32,000 nucleotides of DNA from Zymomonas mobilis subsp. mobilis ATCC 10988 (GCF_000175255.2 NC_017262.1:1950001-1982000), one strand, 5' to 3'. Shown: positions 1-9,732, counted from the first letter of the stretch. Notes: a model not told the origin generated them from the sequence alone. Numbers and translations: made by a program.

Positions 1-1526
1 CGGATCATTGGTGGCATCTTTATGACGAGCCTCAATTAGATAAGCTTATCGAAGAAGCCTTTGCCCATAATAATGATCTGAAGGTGGCGGCCGCCGATAT
101 TACGCGTTCAACGGCCGCCTTGGCACGGGCGCGTGATGCCAAACGCATCGGCACCAATCTGAACACATGGGCAAATTATATCGAATTTTCGGATCAACGA
201 TATTTGGTCAATAGTGTTAATCGACCGCATATCCCCGATGCCTTTGCTACTTCTTTAGACGCTATTATCTCTTATCAGGTTGACTATCTCGGTCAGCTGC
301 ATCGCGCTATTGAAGCGGCGAATGCTGATGAAGAAGCCGTCCGTTCTGCCTATGATATGGCGCGTGTTACGGTAGCCGCGAATACGGCACAGGCCTATGT
401 CGAGGTTTGTGCCACGGGTCATGATATTGCGATTACCAAAGAGCTGATTGCTCTTGCTGAACGTTCAACCGCGTTGATTGCCCGTATGCGCTCGGAAGGG
501 CGCGCTATGACCACGGATGTCAGACGGCAGATGGCACAGGAAGCCCAAATCAAGGCTGCCTTGCCGCAACAGGTTGCTAGAAAACAGGTCGCTCTTTTCA
601 GTCTTGCCGTCTTAACCGGTCGTCCACCGGCAGAATTTCCGGCAGAAGTCGCGAATTGCGAAGAAGAGCCGATTTTGCGTCAACCAATACCGGTTGGTGA
701 TGGTGAAAGCCTGCTTAATCGTCGCCCCGATATTCGCAGTGCTGAATATCGCTTAAGATCAGCCACGGCTGAAATTGGCGTCGCTATGGGTGAAATGTGG
801 CCTAAAATTACTCTAGGCGCCACCGCAGGCTCAACCGGTATGGCCAGCCATATGTTCGGTGGTCATACCAGAGAATTTAACTTGGGGCCGGGTCTTAGCT
901 GGCAGGTGCCTAACCGAAATCGGGCGCGCGCTGAAATTTTGGCGGCCAAATCTGAAACCCGCATTGCTGCGGCTCAATTTGATCAGACTGTTTTAAATGC
1001 GCTGAAAGAAACCGAAGCCGCTCTTACAACCTATACCCATGATCTTGATCATCGGGCAGAGGTTGCCTTAGCCCGTGATCGCGCTGCGGCAGCGGATAAA
1101 GACATCCATCGTCTTTTCTCTCTTGGTCGTATCAATGCGTTACCCGTTCTCGATGCTGACCGGACGCTGTTACAATATGAGCAACAGCTCGTCTCTTCTG
1201 ATGGCAAGATTTCAGATGATCAGATCAGAATCTTCTTGGCATTAGGTGGCGGTTGGTCACGGGATAAAGCCGAGATCGAACGCGAACAGAAGACGGGTAC
1301 GGCGCCGTCACCTCGAATTGTCAAAGCGAAGGGTATCATCCAGCAAATTGGCGATATTACGGGTATTCGTGCTGAAATTGGCAAGGGTGGCGACTTATCT
1401 CACGAGAAGGACGCTCATACCAATAACAGCAACAAAGCACCGGAACCGGTTCAGCCCCCGAAACCTCTGACCAATACGCAAGGGGTTCTCAATGAAGAGG
1501 GCGAATTGGAAAGACCAAAAGAATAG
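1..1526 (+). CDS. Efflux-pump outer membrane factor, NodT/OprM family (5' end off-window), with ~85-aa non-canonical C-terminal tail
   Basis: The frame stays open upstream of the ORF-track GTG at 84. Positions 3-83 translate to DHWWHLYDEPQLDKLIEEAFAHNNDLK, the typical OMF WW..F.D..L..LI motif. The canonical family C-terminus LALGGGW occurs near 1240-1260, but the ORF continues to 1526. Confidence 0.85.
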   Translation, partial: DHWWHLYDEPQLDKLIEEAFAHNNDLKVAAADITRSTAALARARDAKRIGTNLNTWANYIEFSDQRYLVNSVNRPHIPDAFATSLDAIISYQVDYLGQLHRAIEAANADEEAVRSAYDMARVTVAANTAQAYVEVCATGHDIAITKELIALAERSTALIARMRSEGRAMTTDVRRQMAQEAQIKAALPQQVARKQVALFSLAVLTGRPPAEFPAEVANCEEEPILRQPIPVGDGESLLNRRPDIRSAEYRLRSATAEIGVAMGEMWPKITLGATAGSTGMASHMFGGHTREFNLGPGLSWQVPNRNRARAEILAAKSETRIAAAQFDQTVLNALKETEAALTTYTHDLDHRAEVALARDRAAAADKDIHRLFSLGRINALPVLDADRTLLQYEQQLVSSDGKISDDQIRIFLALGGGWSRDKAEIEREQKTGTAPSPRIVKAKGIIQQIGDITGIRAEIGKGGDLSHEKDAHTNNSNKAPEPVQPPKPLTNTQGVLNEEGELERPKE

Positions 1527-1562
1527 TCATTATTCTTTCAAGTTATTTCGCCTAACAACAAA

Positions 1563-1597
1563 GAAAGCCTGCCATGAAAATGGCAGGCTTTCTTTTA
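1563..1597. terminator. Bidirectional rho-independent terminator between convergent OMF and lipid kinase genes
   Basis: Perfect 12-bp stem GAAAGCCTGCCA/TGGCAGGCTTTC with a 6-nt loop. TTTT follows on the + strand and a T-rich run (TTTGTTGTT) follows on the - strand. Confidence 0.85.
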
Positions 1598-1651
1598 TCA
1601 ATAAGACTCTATTCGAAAACTGATAGGATTTTCGGCCTAAACAGAACAAGA

Positions 1652-2545
1652 TCACGCAGGAATGGCGACTTTCAAAGCCTTGGTTGAAATTTCTATCGTT
1701 GCAGGGGTGCATCCTCTTGCATCGCCATCGCTTTGTATTGGAATTCTTGTATTAGCCTCAATCTTTACCTTTTCAGCCTTCACAATCTTGATATGCTTAC
1801 AATCAGCAATCTTCCCCATAAAAAAAGCGGCAACCGCATAAAGATAGCTCATTTTGCTAGGCGACTGAAATAACAGGACAGAAAAGGCTTTTTCTTTCTG
1901 TTTTGACCAAGGCAGCAATCTATAATTTCCAGCATAGAAAGCGCCTTTTGAAATAATGACAGCCGTTGCCTTCTCTGTTGCGCGTCCCTCTATTGATACC
2001 AACATTTCATAAAAGGGATATTGCCAGAGAGAGCGTATCGTCTGGAACAGATAGGCTGTTTTACCGATCATCCGCTTTAATCGAGATGAAATATGGTGAA
2101 CAATATGGGCATCTATGCCGATGCCAATCATTTGGATTGAAAGACTTCGTTTCCCGTCATTAAAAAGACAAGCAGGCCAAAGCCTTACCCAATGCCCTTT
2201 GATAATATCAGCGGCATTTTGAATCTCATTAAAAGCTATGGATAATTCATGGGCAAAGACATTGGCTGTCCCAATAGGAAGCACGCAAAGAATAACGCCT
2301 GAACCGACAATACCCTCTGCCACTTCAGCAATCGTTCCATCACCACCAGCGGCGACAATATGGGTGTATTCTCCAGAATCCGCTAACTCTCTCGCTAATT
2401 CAGTCGCATGACCTTGGAAACGGGTTTTTTTTACCAGAACTTCGCAGTTTGCCTTTTCGAGATAATCAACAAAACGCTGCACGGAATGATGCCGTCTTTT
2501 CCCTGCGGTTGGATTAACAATAACCGCAATCCGTTGATTAACCAT
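1652..2545 (-). CDS. Diacylglycerol-kinase catalytic-domain lipid kinase (YegS/BmrU-like)
   Basis: 297-aa ORF. N-terminal IAVIVNPTAGKRR nucleotide-binding stretch and the GGDGT motif (VAAGGDGTIAEV) are typical of the DAGK_cat family. GGAG lies upstream of the ATG. Confidence 0.8.
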   Translation of the reverse strand: MVNQRIAVIVNPTAGKRRHHSVQRFVDYLEKANCEVLVKKTRFQGHATELARELADSGEYTHIVAAGGDGTIAEVAEGIVGSGVILCVLPIGTANVFAHELSIAFNEIQNAADIIKGHWVRLWPACLFNDGKRSLSIQMIGIGIDAHIVHHISSRLKRMIGKTAYLFQTIRSLWQYPFYEMLVSIEGRATEKATAVIISKGAFYAGNYRLLPWSKQKEKAFSVLLFQSPSKMSYLYAVAAFFMGKIADCKHIKIVKAEKVKIEANTRIPIQSDGDARGCTPATIEISTKALKVAIPA

Positions 2546-2801
2546 TGATGACGTTACTCCGTTTTGACGGTTTCAATAACGCCCGCTTTTTCTTATCAAA
2601 AGCAATTTTCATCATTTTGTGGAATATAATCCCGATGGGTTATCTCTTTCCACAAAAGTTAAATTTTAAGATTATTGAGAGGTTTTGCTAAAAGACCTTA
2701 ATCCGTCACACTATCCAGAATAAAAAATGCAAAAAGCTGTTCACTATTTCTATCTCAAAAATAGTGATTTTGTTTCAAATAAGATCACAAGCTATCTCTG
2801 C

Positions 2802-3227
2802 TTATAAAAGACCTATGCTATGAAAGCTCTGGCATTTTTTATTCGCAAAAATAAGATGATCCAATAATTTTATACCGGCCATACGCGTTACAAGGGCTAA
2901 TCTTTTTGTTGTATCCCTATCCATATAGCTAGGCGTAGGGTCACCACTTGGGTGATTATGAGCCAGAATAAGACTATCAGCACTCAAAATAATGGCATGT
3001 CTCAAAATATTCCGGATGTCCAAATAGGATGCCAGGCAGTCGCCGACATTTTCTCCGATAACAGCAAGAATATTACCTTCGGCGGTCAGATAAGCGATAT
3101 AAATCTGTTCAATATCTAACCCAACGAAGCGCCACTTAAACAAATCGATCGCATCTTCAAGGCACCGGACGCATCCTTGATAACGCTTCATAATATGCCG
3201 ATCGTCAATGGCAAATGAAAGTTTCAT
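2802..3227 (-). CDS. RadC-like JAB/MPN domain protein (short form, no N-terminal HhH region)
   Basis: 141 aa. The JAMM-type motif LILAHNHPSGDPTPSYMDRDTTKRL is the RadC signature HNHPSG...S..D. The gene and both flanks are visibly more AT-rich than their neighbours. No obvious Shine-Dalgarno sequence. Confidence 0.75.
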   Translation of the reverse strand: MKLSFAIDDRHIMKRYQGCVRCLEDAIDLFKWRFVGLDIEQIYIAYLTAEGNILAVIGENVGDCLASYLDIRNILRHAIILSADSLILAHNHPSGDPTPSYMDRDTTKRLALVTRMAGIKLLDHLIFANKKCQSFHSIGLL

Positions 3228-3228
3228 A

Positions 3229-3256
3229 ATGTCTAATTTATTATGTCTAATTTATT
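3229..3256. repeat. Perfect tandem direct repeat, 2 x 14 bp (ATGTCTAATTTATT)
   Basis: 3229-3242 and 3243-3256 are identical. The repeat starts 2 bp upstream of the radC-like start codon, whose complement CAT is at 3225-3227. Confidence 0.95.
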
Positions 3257-3400
3257 GGTCTTCTTAAAAAATTTGCTAGTAGGATACTATCCATTTTGGA
3301 AATCTTTTTAACAAAATGACGAAAGATAATGTTTTTTATTTTTAAGCGCTGCATTTATGCAGCATTTTTTGCTTCATAATGGATTTTTTCGGAACCTAGG

Positions 3401-3991
3401 ATGAATGATAAATTAAAAAATACATGGCCACGGCTATGGCTTATGACAGACGAACGGTTCGGTGATGGTCTGCTAGAGGCCGTAAAAAAACTACCGCAAG
3501 GTAGTGGCATTGTATTTCGTCATTATCGCTTGCCCTTCAAAATTCGAAAAAATTTGTTCGAAAAAATTCAACGCATAGCGAAGAAACGAAAACTCGTTTT
3601 ATTTCTGGCTGGTTCGGCTCGTCTTGCTGCGGCATGGAAAGCGGATGGTGTCCATGGCCGTTTTTCCAGTCAGAGAACTGCACGCCCCTTACTCCGCAGT
3701 CAGGCCGTCCATAACAGGCGCGATAGCATTATGTGCCGCAAGGTTGATTTCGTCTTTTTATCTCCCCTTTTTTCAACCCGTTCCCATCCCGGAAAGCCGT
3801 TTTTGGGACGTGTAAAATTTCTTCAGCTTAAACGCTCAATTCGACAAAAAGTCTTTGCCTTAGGGGGAATTAACGCCAAAACTATTCGGGCTTTACCCGC
3901 ATGTGATGGTTTTTCGGGTATTGATATCTGGCAAGATGACCAATTTCGCCATCATCGCTTATGGTCTTTTTGGGCGAACCAGCAACGCTAA
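3401..3991 (+). CDS. Thiamine-phosphate synthase (ThiE/TenI)-like family protein
   Basis: 196 aa. The pattern LWLMTDER...GIVFRHY...VDFVFLSPLFST.SHPG...ALGGI resembles the TMP-TENI fold family. The functional assignment is weak. Confidence 0.55.
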   Translation: MNDKLKNTWPRLWLMTDERFGDGLLEAVKKLPQGSGIVFRHYRLPFKIRKNLFEKIQRIAKKRKLVLFLAGSARLAAAWKADGVHGRFSSQRTARPLLRSQAVHNRRDSIMCRKVDFVFLSPLFSTRSHPGKPFLGRVKFLQLKRSIRQKVFALGGINAKTIRALPACDGFSGIDIWQDDQFRHHRLWSFWANQQR

Positions 3992-4056
3992 TATTCTGCC
4001 CTTGTTATCCAGATTATTTTCCAAAAACCCGAAGGCTTTCTGTATAAAAAGCGAAA

Positions 4057-4094
4057 ACAGCCCCTTCCTTAAAAAAGGAAAGGGCTGTTTTTTA
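4057..4094. terminator. Bidirectional terminator between convergent thiE-like gene and clpB
   Basis: Hairpin ACAGCCC(C)TTCC / GGAA(A)GGGCTGT followed by TTTTTT on the + strand. An A-run on the left flank serves the - strand. Confidence 0.75.
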
Positions 4095-4097
4095 CAT

Positions 4098-6692
4098 TTA
4101 GGCTGACACTGAATCTTCAGTTTTAAAGATCAGATGGCTGTCGCCTTCATCGACATCGACCGTCTGACCATCACGAATAGTGCCTTTCAACAAATCTTCA
4201 GCCAAAGGATCCTGAAGATATTTCTGAACAGCACGCCGTAACGGACGCGCACCATAGACCGGATCATAACCGACCCGTCCTAACCAAGCCCGTGCCTTGT
4301 CGCTCAATTTCAAAGTGATCTTCCGATCCGCCAGCAAGCGGCAAAGATGCTGAACCTGAATATCGACAATCGGGCCCATATGGCTCTGACCCAAGCGGTG
4401 GAACAGGATGATTTCATCAAGCCGGTTCAAAAATTCTGGTCGGAAATGCGCTCTCACGACTTCCATAACCTTCGGCTCGACACTTTCAACGGGTTCATCC
4501 TCGCCCAAATTGGCTAGATATTGTGCCCCTAAATTGGACGTCAGAATGATAAGCGTATTGGAAAAATCAACTGTCCGACCCTGACCATCTGTCAGACGAC
4601 CATCATCCAAGACCTGCAACAGGATATTGAAAACATCCTGATGCGCTTTTTCGACTTCATCAAACAGGATGACCTGATAAGGCCGCCGCCGCACGGCTTC
4701 TGTCAAAACGCCGCCTTCTTCATAGCCGACATATCCGGGAGGCGCACCGATCAAGCGAGCAACCGCATGTTTCTCCATATATTCAGACATATCGATACGA
4801 ACCATCGCTCGATCATCGTCAAACAGGAAACTGGCCAAAGCCTTGGTTAACTCGGTTTTACCGACACCGGTCGGGCCCAAAAACAGGAAGGAACCTATCG
4901 GACGACTTGGGTCTTGCAAACCAGCACGGGCGCGCCGAACAGCTCGGCTGACCGCTTTGACCGCATCTTCCTGACCGATAACGCGTTTACCCAGCCAATC
5001 TTCCATATGGATGAGTTTTTCACGTTCGCCTTCCAGCATTTTATCAACCGGAATACCCGTCCAACGCGATACGATAGAAGCAATATCCTGGCTGGTCACT
5101 TCTTCGCGCAACATCGCCCCTTGGGCAGCATTCTGGGCATCCGCCAACTGTTTTTCCAGCTGAGGAATAATACCATAGCTGATTTCACCCGCTTTGGTGA
5201 GGTCGCCTGACCGTTCAGCCTGCTCCAAAGCAATACGTGCCTGATCCAGCTTTTCTTTCAAGCGGGCTTCCGCTTTGATTTTATCCTGCTCGTTTTTCCA
5301 ACGTGTCGTCAATTCGGAAGATTGCTGTTCGAGATCACTTAAATCATGCTCAAGCGTCGCCAAACGATCGCGGGAAGCATCGTCATTTTCTTTTAATAAC
5401 GCTTCGCGTTCAATCTTGAGCTGAATAATCCGACGATCAAGATTTTCGATTTCTTCCGGTTTGGAATCGACCTCCATTCTTAAACGGCTGGCGGCTTCAT
5501 CAACAAGGTCGATGGCTTTGTCTGGTAAAAAGCGATTGGTGATATAGCGATTGGATAAAGTCGCTGCCGATACCAACGCGGCATCGGTAATACGAACCCC
5601 ATGATGGGCTTCATATTTTTCTTTCAACCCACGCAAAATCGAAATCGTGTCTTCAACCGTTGGCTCACCAACATAAACCGGCTGAAAACGCCGCTGTAGG
5701 GCAGGGTCTTTTTCGACATATTTCTGATATTCGGCAAGGGTTGTCGCACCGATACAATGCAGCTCACCACGCGCCAAAGCTGGTTTCAGCAGGTTACCCG
5801 CATCCATCGCCCCATCGGATTTACCCGCCCCGATCAGGGTATGCATTTCGTCGATGAAAAGGATGATCTGACCATCCGATTGTTTAACTTCGTCGAGAAC
5901 ACCCTTCAGACGTTCTTCGAATTCACCGCGATATTTGGCACCTGCAATCAGGGAACCCATATCAAGCCCCATCAAAACGCGGTCGCGCAGGCCTTCCGGC
6001 ACATCGCCATTTACAATCCGCAATGCCAAACCTTCGACAATCGCGGTTTTACCCACCCCTGGTTCACCTATCAGAACCGGATTATTTTTGGTTCGACGTG
6101 CCAAAATCTGGATAGTGCGGCGGATTTCTTCATCACGACCGATCACCGGATCCAACTTGCCTTCACGGGCGGCGGCTGTCAGATCACGAGCGAATTTTTT
6201 CAAGGCGTCATAACGGTCTTCGGCGGTTGCGGTGTCGGCGGTTCGTCCCGAACGCAATTCATTGATAGCCGTATTCAACGCTTCGGCTTTCAATCCTGAA
6301 TCTTTGAGGATTTTTCCAACCTGCGTTTCCGGCATCAATGTCATTGCCAAAAGCAATCTTTCAACCGTGACATAGGAATCACCGGCTTTTGTTGCAATCT
6401 GCTCGGCCTGATCCAAAAGACGGACAGTATCGTTATCCAATCCCGGCGGTGTATTGGCACCACTACCCGAGACAGATGGAATCTTGGCCAAAGCCGCATC
6501 GGTATCACGGACAGCTATCATGGGATCGCCACCGGCGCGACGAATAAGGCCGGATGCCATCCCTTGATCATCTTCCAACAAGGCTTTTAATAGATGTTCA
6601 GGCGCAATTCTCTGGTGATTGAGACGAATCGCCACCGTTTGCGCTGATTGAATAAAGCCCTTTGCTCGATCTGTTAATTTCTCAAAATTCAT
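4098..6692 (-). CDS. clpB: ATP-dependent chaperone/disaggregase ClpB
   Basis: Two AAA+ modules with Walker A motifs GEPGVGKT and GPTGVGKT, a long coiled-coil middle domain and a Clp_N N-terminus. I place the start at the internal ATG ([13 protein letters not shown], 6692), which is preceded by AGGAGA, rather than at the ORF-track start 6746. Confidence 0.97.
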   Translation of the reverse strand: MNFEKLTDRAKGFIQSAQTVAIRLNHQRIAPEHLLKALLEDDQGMASGLIRRAGGDPMIAVRDTDAALAKIPSVSGSGANTPPGLDNDTVRLLDQAEQIATKAGDSYVTVERLLLAMTLMPETQVGKILKDSGLKAEALNTAINELRSGRTADTATAEDRYDALKKFARDLTAAAREGKLDPVIGRDEEIRRTIQILARRTKNNPVLIGEPGVGKTAIVEGLALRIVNGDVPEGLRDRVLMGLDMGSLIAGAKYRGEFEERLKGVLDEVKQSDGQIILFIDEMHTLIGAGKSDGAMDAGNLLKPALARGELHCIGATTLAEYQKYVEKDPALQRRFQPVYVGEPTVEDTISILRGLKEKYEAHHGVRITDAALVSAATLSNRYITNRFLPDKAIDLVDEAASRLRMEVDSKPEEIENLDRRIIQLKIEREALLKENDDASRDRLATLEHDLSDLEQQSSELTTRWKNEQDKIKAEARLKEKLDQARIALEQAERSGDLTKAGEISYGIIPQLEKQLADAQNAAQGAMLREEVTSQDIASIVSRWTGIPVDKMLEGEREKLIHMEDWLGKRVIGQEDAVKAVSRAVRRARAGLQDPSRPIGSFLFLGPTGVGKTELTKALASFLFDDDRAMVRIDMSEYMEKHAVARLIGAPPGYVGYEEGGVLTEAVRRRPYQVILFDEVEKAHQDVFNILLQVLDDGRLTDGQGRTVDFSNTLIILTSNLGAQYLANLGEDEPVESVEPKVMEVVRAHFRPEFLNRLDEIILFHRLGQSHMGPIVDIQVQHLCRLLADRKITLKLSDKARAWLGRVGYDPVYGARPLRRAVQKYLQDPLAEDLLKGTIRDGQTVDVDEGDSHLIFKTEDSVSA

Positions 6693-6719
6693 AATGACCG
6701 TCTCCTGACTTAACAGGCA

Positions 6720-6747
6720 AGATGGGGGCGATATTCGACATCTCAAG
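6720..6747 (-). promoter_or_regulatory. Sigma-32 (RpoH) heat-shock promoter of clpB
   Basis: The - strand reads CTTGAG-N14-CCCCATCT, a near-perfect match to CTTGAA-N13-14-CCCCATNT. The -10 element ends 27 nt upstream of the clpB ATG. Confidence 0.8.
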
Positions 6748-6885
6748 TATTCAGATGTAAAAATTTACGATTTCATTTGATGGATATTGTCTGAATATAA
6801 AAAACATGGTTTTATTATAAATCGACATAAAAATTACTTATTATTTTGTTTTATTTATATTTTCTTCTTTAATAGGGGCGGATGG

Positions 6886-9732
6886 GTGAAAAAACTAACG
6901 CGTATTCTGGCATGCTGTATTCTGTCTTCAACTCTGCTAACGCCTCCTGTTATCATGGCGCATCCCCCCATCAAGAAAGCTGAAAACACTTCAGCATTGT
7001 TACAATCACTGGCAAAACAGATTAACTTACCATGGCAAAGTTTTACGCTGCCCAATGGGCTTAGGGTGCTGGTGCATACCGATCATAAAGCCCCTGTAGT
7101 CGGTGTTTCGGTCTGGTATCATGTCGGTTCCAAAGACGAGCCCAAGGGCAAGACCGGCTTCGCGCATCTTTTTGAACATTTAATGTTTGAAGGGTCGCAA
7201 AATATCCAAGGCAGCTTCTGGAAGCCTTTGCGGGAAACAGGTGCAACGGACAGCAACGGCACAACCAATTTTGACCGCACCAATTATTACGAAACAGTTC
7301 CGACCTCTGCGCTTGATCGGGTGCTTTACATGGAAAGCGACCGTATGGGCTATCTCCTGCAAGGCATGACGCAGGAAAAGCTCGATAACCAACGCGCCGT
7401 TGTCCAAAATGAAAAGAGACAAAAAGACAATCGCCCCTATAGCACTGTCGGCTATGCGATAACACAAGCGCTTGTGCCCGAAGGTCATCCTTATCATCAC
7501 GATACGATTGGCTCGATGGAAGACCTTGATGCGGCCAGCTTAGACACAGTGAAAGATTGGTTCCGCGAGAATTACGGGCCCAATAATGCCGTTTTGGTTT
7601 TGGCTGGTGATATTGACATTGATAAAGCCAAGACAATGGTAAACCATTATTTCGGTGCTATTCCGCGTGGTCGCGATATTGTTCATCCAGAAACGCCGAT
7701 TTGGACTTTACCCACCCGTAAAGACGAAGTGATAACGGACAAGGTTGCCCTGTCGAAAATTTATCGGGCATGGAGCATCCCTAGCTATAATAACCCTGAC
7801 TCCATTCCTTTAGATCTCAGTGCGGCGGTTCTAGGCGGTCTAGCCTCTTCTCGTCTTGATCAAATTTTGGTGCATCAAGAGCAGCTTGCCGTCAATGTCA
7901 GCGCCACCACCCAAAGTTTTGAAGGGCAGGGGCGCTTTCTCGTCTCGGTCACGGTAAAACCGGGGGTAAACCCGCAATATGTGTCGCAACGCTTGGATAA
8001 AATCTTGGCAGAGTATCTTGAAAAAGGCGCGACCCAAGATGAAGTCAATCGGGCAGCGATGGATGTTCTTTCAGAAAGCGTCGCGGAATCTGTCAGCGCT
8101 CAAGGTCCCATTCTGGCTCAGGGGCTGCTCTATGCAAAAGACCCCGATTATTACAAAAAAGCGCTCTATGCTGTCGCAACCAGCACAGCGGAAGCGGTTC
8201 AAAAGTCCACACAAAAATGGCTTTCCCGTCCCGTTTATGCTCTGACAGTTTTACCCGGCGAACGCCAAGCCTATCAGGAAAGCCAATCGGGTAAATCCAC
8301 TCCGAAAACTGACAATAATCTGATCCTTCCAACAGCGCCCCAGCCAGCCTCTTCCGAAATAGCTTCACCCCGAGAAGCCTTGCCTGCAGTTGGAAAAGTC
8401 CCTGATGTTCGCTTCCCAACGATTACCCATAGCCAGCTTAAAAACGGTATCGCTGTCAGCTATGCGCAACGTCCAGCGGTGCCTTTAACGACTGTTTTAA
8501 TCAGCTTTGATGGCGGTATTACGGCCGATACGGCCTTACCGGGGACAGAGAGTCTGATGCTCTCCATGCTGACCGAAGGGACAAAAGAGAAAGACGTTAT
8601 CGAGTTATCCAAAGAGAAAGAACGCCTTGGTGCCGTCATCAGCTTCGGGGCAGGGGATGATTACAGCTCAATGACCTTTCTAAGCCCCAGTGTGACCTTC
8701 CGTCAGACAACGGGATTAGCTTCGGAAATGCTGTTCGGCTCGACTTTTCCTGAAAAGGAATTGGCAAGACTAAAGGCCTCGACCTTAGCGAATATGGCAG
8801 CCAGCCGCCAATCTCCGGCATGGCTCGCAACCCGTGCGCTCCGTCAAAATCTCTATGGTGAAGGCCATCCCTATCGCCATCTGGTAACCGAAGAAAATAT
8901 CCAAAAGATAACGCGCCAGAATTTGCTTGATTTCAGACAAAAATGGATAAGGCCTTACAAAGCCCATATATTTATTGTTTCCGATCAATCTTTGGATCAG
9001 ATTTTGCCCGTCCTGAATAATGTTTTCGGGCATTGGCAGATACCCAATGATGCTGGAGAATTGAAGCCAACCTCCACAGCCAAAGCTGGACATTTATCTG
9101 ATATTTTGTTGATTAACCGCCCACAATCACCGCAATCTGTCATTATGGCGGCAAGCGTGCTTCCTCTGAAAGAGAAGGAAGATCAGGATACGCTGTTTAA
9201 TCTTGATGTCGCTAACAGTATTCTCGGAGGCAATTTCCTGTCTCGCCTGAATATGGATTTGCGACAGAATAAAGGTTGGAGCTACGGCGTAGGTAGCCAA
9301 ATCAATGCCAGAACTTTGTCTTCGGAATTTTCGCTCGCAGCCCCCGTGCAAACCAACCAGACGGCGGCGTCAATCAATGCCATTCAAGAGGATATAAATC
9401 ATTTCCTGACGGATAAAGGCATAACCGATGCGGAATTACGGGAAACGGTCACCGGTATTATCAACCGGACACCGGCCGCTTATGAAAAAAGCAGTAATAT
9501 TTTGGGCGGAATGGTTGATCTCGCACTTATGAATCGACCGGACAATTATTATGATACGCTTAATCAGCGATATCGCGCTTTAACCCCTTCAGAATTGGAT
9601 AAAACTGCACGGCAATGGTTAAGCAGTCAGGCTTTGTCATGGGTTGTTGTCGGGGATGCCAATCTGGTCAAACCTCAGCTCGAGAAAAGAGGCCTTTCCG
9701 TAGAACAGGTGGAAAGCGATAAAATAAAATAA
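6886..9732 (+). CDS. Secreted M16 (pitrilysin/insulinase) family zinc peptidase, PqqL-like two-module form, paralog 1
   Basis: Inverted zinc motif HLFEHLMFEGS (HxxEH) with the downstream VVQNEKRQ glutamate. Signal-peptide-like N-terminus when started at GTG 6886 (VKKLTRILACCILSS...VIMA). The ORF-track start at 6787 adds an implausible AT-rich extension. Confidence 0.9.
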   Translation: MKKLTRILACCILSSTLLTPPVIMAHPPIKKAENTSALLQSLAKQINLPWQSFTLPNGLRVLVHTDHKAPVVGVSVWYHVGSKDEPKGKTGFAHLFEHLMFEGSQNIQGSFWKPLRETGATDSNGTTNFDRTNYYETVPTSALDRVLYMESDRMGYLLQGMTQEKLDNQRAVVQNEKRQKDNRPYSTVGYAITQALVPEGHPYHHDTIGSMEDLDAASLDTVKDWFRENYGPNNAVLVLAGDIDIDKAKTMVNHYFGAIPRGRDIVHPETPIWTLPTRKDEVITDKVALSKIYRAWSIPSYNNPDSIPLDLSAAVLGGLASSRLDQILVHQEQLAVNVSATTQSFEGQGRFLVSVTVKPGVNPQYVSQRLDKILAEYLEKGATQDEVNRAAMDVLSESVAESVSAQGPILAQGLLYAKDPDYYKKALYAVATSTAEAVQKSTQKWLSRPVYALTVLPGERQAYQESQSGKSTPKTDNNLILPTAPQPASSEIASPREALPAVGKVPDVRFPTITHSQLKNGIAVSYAQRPAVPLTTVLISFDGGITADTALPGTESLMLSMLTEGTKEKDVIELSKEKERLGAVISFGAGDDYSSMTFLSPSVTFRQTTGLASEMLFGSTFPEKELARLKASTLANMAASRQSPAWLATRALRQNLYGEGHPYRHLVTEENIQKITRQNLLDFRQKWIRPYKAHIFIVSDQSLDQILPVLNNVFGHWQIPNDAGELKPTSTAKAGHLSDILLINRPQSPQSVIMAASVLPLKEKEDQDTLFNLDVANSILGGNFLSRLNMDLRQNKGWSYGVGSQINARTLSSEFSLAAPVQTNQTAASINAIQEDINHFLTDKGITDAELRETVTGIINRTPAAYEKSSNILGGMVDLALMNRPDNYYDTLNQRYRALTPSELDKTARQWLSSQALSWVVVGDANLVKPQLEKRGLSVEQVESDKIK

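Noticed and set aside
3228-3400. Possible TPP (THI-box) riboswitch upstream of the ThiE-like gene
   Set aside because: The conserved THI-box core sequences are not present. Only a simple terminator-like hairpin is seen.
3903-4106. 67-aa + strand ORF between the ThiE-like gene and clpB
   Set aside because: It overlaps the 3' end of the ThiE-like gene and reads through the bidirectional terminator hairpin. There is no RBS.
5757-6299. 180-aa + strand ORF (and other 60-100-aa ORFs) inside clpB
   Set aside because: It lies entirely antisense to a highly conserved AAA+ gene. The composition is low in complexity, with no start context and no recognisable motifs. Long antisense frames of this kind are common opposite chaperone genes.
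6693-6885. ORF-track N-terminal extensions of clpB (to 6746) and of M16 paralog 1 (from 6787); likewise 9779-9862 for paralog 2, 25401 for asd, 22103 for the IMPase gene and 30834 for xthA
   Set aside because: Internal starts have good Shine-Dalgarno sequences and give canonical N-termini or signal peptides. The clpB extension would also run through its own sigma-32 promoter.
7061-7636. 191-aa - strand ORF, plus the 140-, 130- and 121-aa - strand ORFs at 10010-10432, 11482-11874 and 11849-12214
   Set aside because: All are antisense to the M16 peptidase genes and occur at homologous places in both paralogs, so they mirror the sense-strand codon pattern. They are Cys/Arg-rich nonsense-like sequences.
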